DNA from: Hypanus sabinus
Lineage: Eukaryota
Direction of reading: 5' to 3'
DNA: 64,000 nt
Assembly: GCF_030144855.1 (NCBI RefSeq)
Contig: NW_026781503.1
Span: 124,001-188,000 of the forward strand
In this document: one piece after another, positions 38,046 through 50,810 of the stretch
How the letters are laid out: every line of letters begins with the position of its first letter
Position numbering within the stretch: position 1 is the first letter of the stretch
Translations under genes and position numbers: made by a program
Notes under the pieces: generated by a model
The model's database searches: none
The model's input: the letters and a program-made list of their open reading frames with translations, nothing else
Told to the model about the DNA's origin: nothing

Positions 38046-38799
38046 TCCCAGCTCATTCCATACAGCCAGTGCTGTCAGCACCCTTTCCTCCCACTATCAA
38101 CCTGTTGCATTTGCTCCCGAGGTTACTGTTCTACGCTGAGAGGAAGTGAACACAGAGCGATGAAATTGTGCAACACCTCTTACAGTTCTAGTGGTTTGTT
38201 ACCATGGAAACGGGGGAAGTGGCTCAACAACGGTAACTGAAAAAAGAAATAATAAACACAACATCACATGCTATGAGTTACATTGTAACAAAGGTTAACA
38301 CGACAGCTGTTTTGAAATTATTTATCTAAAATTGTAAATGCTGCTTTTAACCATGTCTCGTGCTGTATTGAATTAATCATACAGTAGTTCTGGCTAATAA
38401 AACATGATTCCTACGCTCGTGATCAATAATATATTGCCATAAATATACCAAATGACAGCCTCAACCACCATCGTTGCAACAAACTCCACAGTTCCACCAC
38501 TCTTTGGCTGAGGAAGTTTCTCTCATCTCAGGTTTAAAGGGAAACTTCTTGATTCCGAGGCTGCCCTTCAGACTTTTACTTCCTTCAAGAAATTACTTAG
38601 AGTAACCAGTAGCTCTCTATTTTTCTAAGCTCTATGTCCCTATTCAAGAATCTTTTCAAAAGGCCTATCGTTTCCTGCTCCAACACTGTCGGCGACAGCC
38701 CATTCCATGCACTCACCACCCCTTAATTAAACGTATTACCCCTGACATCTCCTCTGTATCTACTTCCCTGCAACTTAAAACTATGCCCTCTCATGTTAG

Positions 38800-39660
38800 T
38801 GTCACACGGGGGCGATGTAAGCGGACCCAAATGCAAGACACAAGCACTGAAACACTAGGAACTAAACTATGTTTGGTGAGAATGCTGGGAATGCCAATCA
38901 GCGAGGTCAAAATGATAACAGGAAGGTAGACGAAGAGTGACAAACCGGAAGCCTGGACTTGGAGTTGGGACTAGAACTTGACAGGGAACTTAAGTCATGA
39001 ATCGCTTCTCATGTCCTGGCAGGAACTTGGCTCGGACATGGCCTGGACTTGACTCGGAGTTGACTCGGACTAGACTTTGACTTAGCTATCGCATTGGCTT
39101 GGAACTGAGCTCAGGACTTGGATTTGGAACTTGACTCTTCACTTGGACCAGACTTAGACCTGACTTCGACACAGGACATAGAACATTGATCCAGGGCTCC
39201 TCCTTGGACACAGGACATAGGGCCGTGACTCTTCGTAGACACAGGGCACAAAACACTGTGACCGTTTCCCATTCAGGGTAGCGGCAAACGGCCGGACCTA
39301 CCCAGCGGAGGAGAGAACATGGGGAAGAAAACGACGCAACAATAGACTGTCCTTTTAACTTGACACGAAAAGGCTCCAAGTAACGGCAATCCTCCGACGT
39401 GGCCCAGGAAACACAGACAGCGGCTCCAGTCTCAATCTGGTGGGTTAACTTGACGGGAATTCAGAAGAGGTTACTGACGAGGACGGCCCAGCAAGGAATC
39501 ACTGGAACACACAGCAATTTAAGTTGCCAGCCCGAAAAGAGAATCGGGTGCCTCAATTAAGGTGCCGAACGGAACAAGGGAGAAAAGGAATAGCCGGAAT
39601 ACGGAATCCACGGACCGGACTGTGAAGCGAAATGCGGTCTTCACGGACCGGACCGTCAGA
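38800..39660 (-). mobile_element. Solo LTR (Gypsy-like), copy 1
   Basis: TGTCA...(degenerate)TCAGA ends; flanks gttag/tttag (5-bp TSD); interrupts an antisense CR1 tail. Confidence 0.7.
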
Positions 39661-39965
39661 TTTAGCTAGCTATTTCAGCCTTGGGAAAAAGACTCTGACT
39701 ATCCACATGATTAATGCCTCTCATCATCATTTACACCTCTATCAGGTCACCTCTCATCCTCCGGTGCTCAAAGGAGAAAAGAACGAATTCACTTAACAAA
39801 TTCCCATAAGGCACGCTGCCGAACCCAAACAACTCTCTTTTTGGGCTGGCAACTTAAATTGCTGTGTGTTCCAGTGATTCCTTTCTGGGCCGTCCTCGTC
39901 AGTAACCTCTTCAGAATTCCCGTCAAGTTAACCCACCGGAGTGAGACTGGAGCCGCTGTCTGTGT

Positions 39966-41692
39966 TTAATAAGTACTTCAGATCTGTCTTCACTAAGGAA
40001 GACACAAGCAATATCCCAGATGTATGGATGGGCCAAGGACAGAGGGTAACAGAGGAAATGGAAGGGATTGACATTAGGAAGGAAACGCTGATGAGTAGAC
40101 TGATGGGACTGAAGGCTGACAAATCCCCAGGTCCAGATGATCTGCATCCTAGGGTACTAAAGATGGTGGCCCTGGAAATTAACGGACGCATTGGCAATCA
40201 TTTTCCAATGTTCCTTAGATTCAGGGTCAGTTCCTGAGGATTGGAGAATGGCTAATGTTTTCCCACTGTTTAAGAAAGGAGGGAGGGAGAAAACAGAGAA
40301 CTATCGACCTGACAGCCTGACATTGGTGGTGGGAAAACGCTAGAGTCCATTATTAAAGATGGAATAGTAGCATATCTAGATAGCAGTGATAGGATTGGGC
40401 CGAGCCAGCATGGATTTACCAAGGGTAAATCATGCTTGACTAATCTGTTGGAGTTTTTCGAGGATGTAACCACGAAGTTAGACGGGGGAGATCTAGTGGA
40501 TGTAGTGTACCTCGATTTTCAGAAGGCATTTGATAAGGTCCCACATAGGAGTTTGGTGGGTAAAATCAAAGCTCATGGCATTGGGGGGAAGACATTGACA
40601 TGGATAGAAAACTGGTTGGCAGATAGAAAGCAAAGGGTAGCGGTGAATGGGTGTTTCTCGGAATGGCAGGAGGTGAATAGTGGGGTGACACAGGGCTCGG
40701 TTTTGGGACCCAAGCTGTTTACAATTTACGTCAACAATTTAGATGAAGGCATTGAGAATAACATAAGCAGATTTGCTGATGATACTAAGTTGGATGGCAG
40801 TGTGACATGTAATGAGGACGTTAGGAGAATTCAGGGTGACTTGGATAGGCTGGGTGAGTGGGCAGATACTTGGCAGATAAAGTTTAATGTGAATAAGTCT
40901 GAGGTTATCCACTTTGGGAGTAAGAACAGGAAGGCAGATTATTATCTGAACGGTGTAGAGTTAGATAAGGGAGAAATACAAAGAGATCTAGGAGTCCTTG
41001 TTCATCAGTCACTGAAGGTGAATGAGCAAGTGCAGCAGGCAGTGTAGAAGGCTAATTGAATGTTGGCCTGTATTACAAAGGGAATTGACTACAAGAGCAA
41101 GGAAATCTTCTTGCATTTGTACAGATCCCTGGTTAGACCACACCTGGAGTATTGTGTACAGTTTTGGTCTCCAGGGTTAAGGAAGGGCATCCTGGCTGTA
41201 GAGGAAGTGCAGCGTAGATTCACGAGGTTAATTCCTGGGACGTCTGGACTGTCTTACGAAGAGAGGTTAGAGAGACTGGTCTTGTACACGCTGGAATTAA
41301 GGAGATTGAGAGGAGATCTGATTGAAATATATAAGATTATTAAGGGATTGGACAAGATAGAGGCAGGAAATATGTTCCAGATGCTGGGAGAGTCCAGTAC
41401 GAGAGGGCATGGTTTGAGAATGAGGGGTAGGTCATTTAGGGCAGAGTTAAGGAAAAACTTCTTCTCCCAGAGAGTTGTGAGGGTGTAGAATGCACTGCCT
41501 CGGAAGGTAGTGGAGGCCAATTCTCTAGATGCTTTCAAGAAGGAGCTAGATAGGTATCTTATGGATAAGGGAATCAAGGGATATGAGGACAAGGCAGGAA
41601 CCGGGTATTGATAGTAGATGATAAGCCATGATCTCAAAATGGCGGTGCAGGCTCGAAGGGCCGAATGCTCTACTTCTGCAGCTATTGTCTAT
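39966..41692 (+). mobile_element. Least-decayed CR1 copy in window, 5'-truncated (RT + 3' end)
   Basis: KSPGPDDLHPRVLK, YLDFQKAFDKVPH, SGVTQGSVLGP, RFADDTKL, LVRPHLEYCVQFWSP; tail gggccgaatgctctacttctgcagctattgtctatt; a few stops/frameshifts. Confidence 0.95.
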
Positions 41693-43229
41693 TAACATCT
41701 TTGCAAGTCTCCCATGCAGCCTTTCTATGGTTTCCACATCCTTCCTGCAGTGAGGTGATCGGATAGGGTAGGGTCTTTTAAGTGTTTTTTGATACGTACA
41801 TGGATCTTTGGCAAATAGAGGGCTATGTGTATCCCCAGGAAATTTCTGAAGTGAGTACATGTTTCGGACAGCACTTTTGGCCGAAGGGCCTGTGTATTAT
41901 GCTGCAGATTTTCAATATCTCTATATTCTCAGTTCATTCCATACAGCCCATGCTCACAGCATCATTTCCTCCCACTATCATACTGTTGCATTTGCTCCCA
42001 AGGTTACTGTCTCTACGCTGGGAGGAAGTGAACACAGAGTGATGAAATTGGGCAACAGATTTTGCAGTTATACTGGTTTGTTCCAAAGGAAACGGAGGAA
42101 GTGGCTCAACAAAGGTAACTGAAAAAGGAAATAACAAACTCAACATCACATGCTATGAGTTACATTGTGACAAAGGTTAACACGGAAGCCATTTTGAAAT
42201 GATGAATCTAACATCGAAAAGACTGCTTTTAACCATGCCTCGTGCTGTATTGAATTAATCGTCTAGAAGTTTTGGCTAACAAAACATGATTCCTACTCTA
42301 GTGATCAATAATATATTGCCATAAATATACCAAATGACAGCCTCAAACACCATCTGTTGCAACAAACTCCACACGTCGACCACTCTTTGGCTGACGACGT
42401 TACTCTCATCTCAGGTTTAAAGGGAAACTTCTTGATTCTGAGGCTGTCCTCTCAGATCATATACTCTCCTTCTGATGCAAACATCCTTCCCTTGTCCAAT
42501 GTCACCATGCTGTTCAGTATTCTCTGGGTTTAAATAAGATCCCGTCAACCTCCATACTTCTGAAATCCATAGAGTACAGGCCCAGAGTCATCAAACGTTT
42601 GTCAGACATAAACCCTCTCATTCCTGAGATTATTCTTGTGAACCATGAGAGCAACAGTTGTACTGAACACATTTCCATGAACAACAGGGAAAGTGGTACC
42701 ATGAAAATTCACAGGGGAAAACTGTGGTTTCTTCACTGTTCCACTGAGTATCACAAAACAAGCGCTTGTGCACAGGAGCTTTTCCAGAGGAACAAAGTTA
42801 GCGATTTCGGTTCACAACCGTACTTCAGAATAGCTTCAACTATTTCATGATTTCCAGCATCTTAAGTTTCTGCCTGTTTTCCACCGACGAGAGACAGATG
42901 ACAGTGAGGGGGTATTTCCACACACAGTTTGAAGACCAAACTCACCGGTCTATTTCTACTGTTGTGAACACAGAACAGCCCATTTACTCACAGACTCTTT
43001 CTGTGATAGATGAAATGGAAACTCATCCTCTCCTCAATATAGCAGTCATTGCTCCCAAAGAAACCCCAGATATAAACATCTGAGCTTAGAAAATAGATAC
43101 TCACTCAATAACACATATACCTGCGCAGCTTGATCCCCGGGTCCATTGTACTTGGATCTAAAACTGTGATATCCCAGGACTCTGTGATATCTCAGGCCAA
43201 CAGTTCTGTGCAGAATCTCTACTTCCTTT

Positions 43230-46200
43230 AGAAATTAATGACGGTTACCCATAGACCTCTATTTATCTAAGCTCATCGTCTATCCACAAAGGCCCTATAT
43301 TATCCGCCTCCACCACCGTCAACGGCAGCCCATTCCATATACTCACCACTCTCTGCGTAAAAATATTACCCCTGACTACTCCTCTCAATCTACTTCCCAG
43401 CACATTAAAACTCTCTTGTTCGTGTCATACGGGGCCAATGGAAGCGGACCCAAATAGAAGACACAGACACTGAAATACCGGGAACTAAACTATATTTATT
43501 AAGAATGCTAGTGAAGCCAAGAAGCGTGGACAAAATGATAGCACGAAGGTAGACGAAGAGTGAGAAACTGGAAACATGGACTTCGACTTGGGACTAGAAG
43601 TTGACAGGGAACTCAGGTCGTAACTCGGGACTCAGGGCGGCAGACTCATTGTTTCAGCCTGCCACATCTTGACTGGGTCTTGGCTTGGACTTGACTCGGA
43701 ATTGACTCGGATTAGACTCGGACTTGGCTGTCGAATTGGATTTGGAACTCAGCTCTCGTCTTCGATTTGGAACTTGATTCTCGACTTGGACTTGGACCTA
43801 GACTTTTGACTTGGACTAGGCTGAGACGTGACTGAGACACAGGGCGCAGATCACTGAGCCGATGCTCCGCCTTGGACATAGAGCCGGGACTCCTCTTAGA
43901 CACAGGGCACGAAACACTGATCCGGGGCTCCTCCTTGGACACAGGACATAGAGCCGGGACTCTTATTAGACACAGGACACGCAACACTCAGGGTAGCGGA
44001 AAACGGCCGGACCTACCCAGCGGAGGAGAGAACACGGAAAGACAAAACCACACAAAGATAGACTTTTCTTTAACTTAAAACAAAAAAGATGTTCAAAATA
44101 ACTACAAGTCGCTGACGCCGCCCAGTTACCACAGACAGCGGCTCCAGTCTCACTTCGGCGGGTTAACTTGACTGGAATTCTGACACGGTTACTGTCGAGG
44201 ACGGTGCAGCAAGGAATCACTGGACCACAGAGCAATTTATGCTGCCAGCCCGAAACGAGAATCGGGTGCCTCAATTAAGGCGCCCTACGGAACAAGGGAG
44301 AAAAGGAATAGCCGGAATACGGAATCCACGGACCGGACTGTGAAGCGGAATGCGGTCTTCACTGATCGGACAGTGACAGTCAGCCATTTCAGCCCTGACA
44401 AAAAGCTTCTGAATATCAGTGACTCTCATTATTATATACACCTCTATCAGGTCACCTCATCCTCCGGTGCTCCAAGGAGAAAAGGCCGCGTTCACTCAAT
44501 AAATTCCCATCAGGCATGCTCCCCAATCCAAACAACATCCTTGTAAGTCTCCCCTGCACCCTTTCTATGGTTTCCACGTCCTTCCTGCAGTGAGGTGACC
44601 AGAACTGAGCATAGTACTCCAAGTGGGGTCTGACCAGTGACCTATATAGCTGCAACGTTACCTCCTGGTTCCGAAACTCAGTCCCACGGTTGTTGAAGGC
44701 CTATACACCATATGTCTGCTCAACCACAGAGTCAAGCTTTGAACAGCTGTGTAGCAGCTTTAAGTGTCCTATGGACTCGGACACCGAGATCCCTCTGATC
44801 ATCCACACTGCCAAGGGTCTTAACATTAATTCCATATTCTCCCATCATACTTGTCCTACCAAAATGAACCACCTTACACTTATTTGGGTTGAACTCTATT
44901 TGGCACCTCTCAGCCCAGATTTGCATCCTATCGATGTCCCGCTGTAACGTTCGACATCCCTCCACAATATCCACAAAACACCAACAGATGTGTCATCAGC
45001 CAATTTATTGACCCATCCCTCCACTTCTGCATCCAGGTCATTTATAAAAATCACGAAGAGAAAGGGTCCCAGAACAGATCCTTGAGACACCCCACTGGTC
45101 ACCGACCTCCATGCAGAATATGACCTGCCCATAACCACATATTGCCTTCTGTAGGCAAGCCAATTTTTGGATCTACAATGCAATATCCCCTTGGATCCCA
45201 TGCCATCTTACTTTCTCATTAAGCCGTCCATGGGTTACCTTATCAAATGCCTTGTTGAAATCCATACACACTAAACCTATTGCTCTACCTTCATCAATGC
45301 ATTTAGTCATATCGTCAAACAATGCAATTATGCAGGTCGCCTTTGACAAAACAATGTTGACTATTCGTAATCATGTTCTGCCCCTCCAGTTGTTCATAAA
45401 TTCTGCCTGTCAAGATGTCTTCCATCAACTTACCAACCACTGAGGTAAATCTCACTGGTTTATACTTTCCTGAGCTATCTCTACTCCCTTTCTTGAACAA
45501 GGGAACGACATCCGCAACCCTCCCATTCCCGGGAACTTCTCCCGTCCGCAGTGATAATGCAAAGATACTCGCCTAAGGCCCAGCAATCTCCTTCCTCGCC
45601 TCCCACAATAGCCTGCGGTACATCTCGTCTGGTCCCGGTTACTTATCCAACTTGATGCGTTCCAAAAGCTCCAACACATCCTCTTTCTTAATAGATACAT
45701 GCTCAAGCTTTTCAGTCAGCTGTAAGTCATCCTTACAATCGCCCAGATCCTTTTCTGCAGTGAATACTGAAGGAAAGTATTCATTAAATACCTCTGCTAT
45801 CTCCTCCGGTTCCAGACACATTTTTTCCACTGTCACACTTGATTGTGCCTATTCTCTCATGTCTTATGCTTTTGCTGTTCACATACTTTATTAATGCCTT
45901 AATCCTGCCCTGCAGTCCTTCACGTGGCCCCTTTTGACTCTCCTAATTTCATTCTTCAGGTCTTGCCTGCTAGCCTTATAATCTTCTGGATCTCCATCTT
46001 TACCAAGTTTCTGAACAATTCGTACGCTTTCCCTTTCTTCTTGACGAGTTTCGCAACAAAATTTGTACACCACGGTTCCTGTACTCTAACATTCTTTCCC
46101 CGTCTCATTGGAACGTACTTACGCAGAATCCCATGCAGCTACCCCCTCAACGTTTGCCACATTTCGTCCGTACATTTCCCTGAGAGCACCTGTTCCCTAT

Positions 46201-46696
46201 TTATGCTTCCATGTTTCCACCTGGTAGGCTTATTTTTCCCCTTACTGAAAATAAATGCTGTCCTAACCTGTCTCTTCCTATCCCTCTCCAATACTATGGT
46301 AAAGGAGATAGAATTGTGATCACTATCTCCAAAATGCTCTCCCACTGAGAGTTCTGACACCTGACCAGTTTCAGTTCTCAATAACAGATCAAGTACAGTC
46401 TCTCCTCTTGTCGGCCTATCTACAAATTATGTCAATAAACCTTCCTGAACACATTTAGCAATCTCCACCCCATCTAATCCCCTTGCTCTAGGGAGTTGCC
46501 AATCAATACTTGTGAAAATAAAATCTCCCACAACGACGACCCTGTTATTATTACACCTTTCCAGAATCTGCCTCCATGTCTGCTCCTCGATATCCCTGTT
46601 ACTATTAAGTGGCCGATATAAATACACAGAGTAGAGTTCTTGACCCCTTCCTGTTCCTAACGTCCAAGCACAGAGATTCAGTAGGCAATCCCTCCA
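43230..46696 (-). mobile_element. Long decayed CR1 (APE to 3' end), interrupted by solo LTR copy 2
   Basis: GDSDHNSISF, VFNEYFPSVFT, TSGVSQGSVLGPFLF..KLADDT, LVRPHLEYYAQFWSP on - strand. Confidence 0.92.
43423..44378 (-). mobile_element. Solo LTR (Gypsy-like), copy 2
   Basis: TGTCA...TGACA termini; flanks gttcg/gtcag; same CR1 insertion site as copy 1. Confidence 0.75.
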
Positions 46697-48380
46697 AGGA
46701 TATACGGTGTGTCGGAAAGATAGGTGAGTCAGTAGAGGGGATGGTGTGGCCTGTGTATAAGGATATACGGTGTGTCGGAAAGATAGATTAGTCAGTAGAG
46801 GGGATGGAGTGGCCTGTGTATAAGGATATACGGTGTGTCGGAAAGATAGGTTAGTCAGTAGAGGGGATGGAGTGGCCTGTGTATAAGGATATACGGTGTG
46901 TCGGAAGGATAGGTTAGTCAGTAGAGGGGATGGAGTGGCCTGTGTATAAGGATATACGGTGTGTCGGAAAGATAGGTTAGTCAGTAGAGGGGATGGTGTG
47001 GCCTGTGTATAAGCATATACGGTGTGTCGGAAAGATAGGTTAGTCAGTAGAGGGGATGGTGTGGCCTGTGTATAAGGAAATACGGTGTGTCGGAAAGATA
47101 GGTTAGTCAGTAGAGGGGATGGAGTGGCCTGTGTATAAGGATATACGGTGTGTCGGAAAGATAGGTTAGTCAGTAGAGGGGATGGTGTGGCCTGTGTATA
47201 AGGATATACAGTGTGTCGGAAAGATAGGTTAGTCAGTAGAGGGGATGGTGTGGCCTGTGTATAAGGATATACGGTGTTTCGGAAAGATAGGTTAGTCAGT
47301 AGAGGGGATGGTGTGGACTGTGTATAAGGATATACGGTGTGTCGGAAGGATAGGTTAGTCAGTAGAGGGGATGGAGTGGCCTGTGTATAAGGATATACGG
47401 TGTGTCGGAAAGATAGGTTAGTCAGTAGAGGGGATGGTGTGGCCTGTGTATAAGGATATACGGTGTGTCGGAAAGATAGGTTAGTCAGTAGAGGGGATGG
47501 TGTGGCCTGTGTATAAGGATATACGGTGTGTCGGAAAGATAGGTTAGTCAGTAGAGGGGATGGTGTGGCCTGTGTATAAGCATATACGGTGTGTCGGAAA
47601 GATAGGTTAGTCAGTAGAGGGGATGGAGTGGCCTGTGTATATACGGTGTGTCGGAAAGATAGGTTAGTCAGTAGAGGGGATGGTGTGGCCTGTGTATAAG
47701 GATATACTGTATGTCGGAAAGATAGGTTAGTCAGTAGAGGGAATGGAGTGGCCTGTGTATAAGGATATACGGTGTGTCGGAAAGATAGGTTAGTCAGTAG
47801 AGGGGATGGAGTGGCCTGTGTATATACGGTGTGTCGGAAAGATAGGTTAGTCAGTAGAGGGGATGGAGTGGCCTGTGTATAAGGATATACGGTGTGTCGG
47901 AAAGATAGGTTAGTCAGTAGAGGGGATGGTGTGGCCTGTGTATAAGGATATACGGTGTGTCGGAAAGATAGGTTAGTCAGTAGAGGGGATGGTGTGGCCT
48001 GTGTATAAGGATATACGGTGTGTCGGAAAGATAGGTTAGTCAGTAGAGGGGATGGTGTGGCCTGTGTATAAGGATATACGGTGTGTCGGAAAGATAGGTT
48101 AGTCAGTAGAGGGGATGGAGTGGCCTGTGTATATACGGTGTGTCGGAAAGATAGGTTAGTCAGTAGAGGGGATGGTGTGGCCTGTGTATAAGGATATACT
48201 GTATGTCGGAAAGATAGGTTAGTCAGTAGAGGGAATGGAGTGGCCTGTGTATAAGGATATACGGTGTGTCGGAAAGATAGGTTAGTCAGTAGAGGGGATG
48301 GTGTGGCCTGTGTATAAGGATATACGGTGTGTCGGAAAGATAGGTTAGTCAGTAGAGGGGATGGTGTGGCCTGTGTATAA
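46697..48380 (+). repeat. 63-bp minisatellite (~27 units, three 57-bp variants) derived from CR1 endonuclease sequence
   Basis: Unit aaggatatacggtgtgtcggaaagataggttagtcagtagaggggatggtgtggcctgtgtat = GYTVCRKDRLVSRGDGVACV; runs on into CR1 APE sequence 48380-48600. Confidence 0.97.
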
Positions 48381-48619
48381 GAAAAAAATATTAAATCATG
48401 TGAAAAGTATGACATAGGATCGCAAGGAGTAGGGTCTTTATGTGTTGAGTTAAGAAATGGAAAGGATAAAAGGACCCTAATGGCAGTTTTATAAAGGCCT
48501 CGAAACAACAGTCGGAATGTGGATTAGAAATTAGAGCAGGAAATAGAAAACGCCTGTAGGAAGGGCAATGTTATGATAATAGTTGGGGATTTTTAACATG
48601 TAAGCCTGGAGAACATGCA

Positions 48620-50810
48620 AGGTAACCTCAGGGTAGCAGAAACACAGTGTAAAATTATAAAATAGAAAATGCTGGGAACTCAGTACATCAGGGTACATCC
48701 GTGAAGGAAAATGGTGGAAGACCCAGTTTCAGAACTGGGTCTGTCCGAGATCCTGCCGATCTGCTGAATGTTTCCAGCATTCTCTATTTTTACTTTGAAT
48801 TTACTGTAACAACTGTTTTTGTTGATTCTTAATGCACAGATATTAACTGATTGGAAGGTTGCGGATGCTGTTCCCTTATTCAAGAAACGGAGTAGAGATA
48901 GCCCAGGAAATTATACACCAATGAAGTTTACATCAGTGATGGTAAATTTGTGGAGAAGATCCTGAGAGGCAGGATTTCTGAACATTTGGAGATGAATAAT
49001 ATGATTAGGAATAATCGGCATGGGTATGTCAAAGGCGGGTCGTGCCTTACGAGCCTCATTGATTTTTAATGATGTGACTGAATACATTGATGAAGCTAGA
49101 GCAGTACATGTATTGTATACGGATTTCAGCAAGGCGTTTGATAAGATACCCCATGCAAGGCTTATTGAGAAAGTAAAGTCGCAGCGGATCCAAGGAGATC
49201 TTGCTTTGTGGATCCAGAACTAGCTTGTCCACAGAAGGCAAAGAGTTGTTGTAGTCTGCATTGAGGTCGCTGACCAGTACTGTGCCTCAGGGATCTGGCA
49301 CCCTTCCCTTAGCAATTTTTAGAGATGACCTGGATGAGGAAGTGGAGGGATGGGTTAGTAAATTTGCCGGTGACACTTATGTTGGGGCTATTGTGGATAG
49401 TGTGGAGGGCTGTCGAGGTTACAGCGGGACATCGATTAGATGTAAAACTGGGCTGAGAAGTGGCAGATTGAATTCAATCCAGAAAAGTGTGAGGTGGTTC
49501 ATTTTGCTAGTTCATCTATGATGGTAGCATATAGTATTAATTGTCAGACTCTTGGCAGTGTGCAGGATCTAAGTGACCTTGGAGTCCGAGTACATAGGAC
49601 ACTCAAACCTAATGCGTAGGTTAACTGTGTGGTTCAGAAGCATACGGTGCATTGGCCTTCATCAACAGAGGGACTGTGTTCAAGAGCTGAGTGCTAATGT
49701 TGCAGCTATATACGACCCAGGTCAGACACAACTTGGAGTATTGTGCTCGGTTCTGGTTACCTCACTACCCGAAGGATGTAGGAACTATAGAAATTGTGCA
49801 GAAGAGGTTTACAAGGATGTTTCCTGGATTTGGGAGCATGCCTTCTGAGAAAAGTTGAGTTAACTTGACCTTTTCTCCTTGGAGCGACGTAGGATGAGAG
49901 GTGATCTGATAGACGTGTACAAGATGATATGAACATTGATCGTGTGGATCGTCAGGCGCTTTTTCCCAGGGCCGAAATGGCTAATACGAGAGGGCACAGT
50001 TTTAAGATCTCTGGAATTAGGTACCCAGGCGCTGTCAGTGGTATGTCTTCTCTTTTACCCAGACAGTGGTGTGTACGTGGACAGCACTGCCGCCGACGTT
50101 GGTGGAGGTGAATAGAGAAGGGTCTTTTAAGAGCATCTTGGATATGTACACGGATCTTAGAATAGTGGGGGGCTATGGGTCTACCTAGGAAATTTCTGAA
50201 GTAAGTACATGTTTCGCACAGCACAGTTGGCCGAAGGGCCTGTGTATTATGCTGCAGATTTTCTATATTTCTATATTCTCAGTTCATTCCATACAGCCAA
50301 TGCTCACAGCACCCTTTACTCCCACTATCATTCTGTTGCATTTGCTCCCGAGGATACTGTCTCTGCGCTGCATGGAAGTGAACACAGAGCGAGGAAATTA
50401 TGTAACATTTCTTGCACTGCTAGTGTTTTGTTACCATGGAAAGGGAGGAAGTGGCTCAACAAAAGTAACTGAAAAAGAAATAACAAACTCAACATCACAC
50501 GCTATGAGTTACATTGTGACAAAGGTTAACACGGCAGCCATTTTGAAATCATGAATCTAAAATTGTAAAGGCTGCTTTTAACCATGCCTTGTGTTGTATT
50601 GATTTAATCGTATAGTAGTTCTGGCTAATAAAACATGATTTCTACTCGTGATCAATAATATATTGCCATAAATATACCAAATGACAGCCTCGACCACAAT
50701 CTGTTGCAACAAACTCCACATGTCGAACACTCTTTGGCTGAGGAAGTTTCTCTTATCTCAGATTTAAAGGGAAACTTCTTTATTTTGCGGCTGTCCTCTC
50801 AGATCACAGG
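48620..50810. repeat. Paralog of 36170-38570 (includes CR1 fragment 48845-50275, +)
   Basis: cctcagggt(a/ag)cagaaacacagtgtaaaattataaaatagaaaatgctgggaactcagtaca start shared; collinear thereafter. Confidence 0.92.

Noticed and set aside
46427-48508. 693-aa repetitive ORF (TQATPSPLLTNLSFRHTVYPY)n resembling a mucin or surface protein
   Set aside because: It is the antisense reading of a 63-bp minisatellite derived from CR1; both ends are LINE sequence
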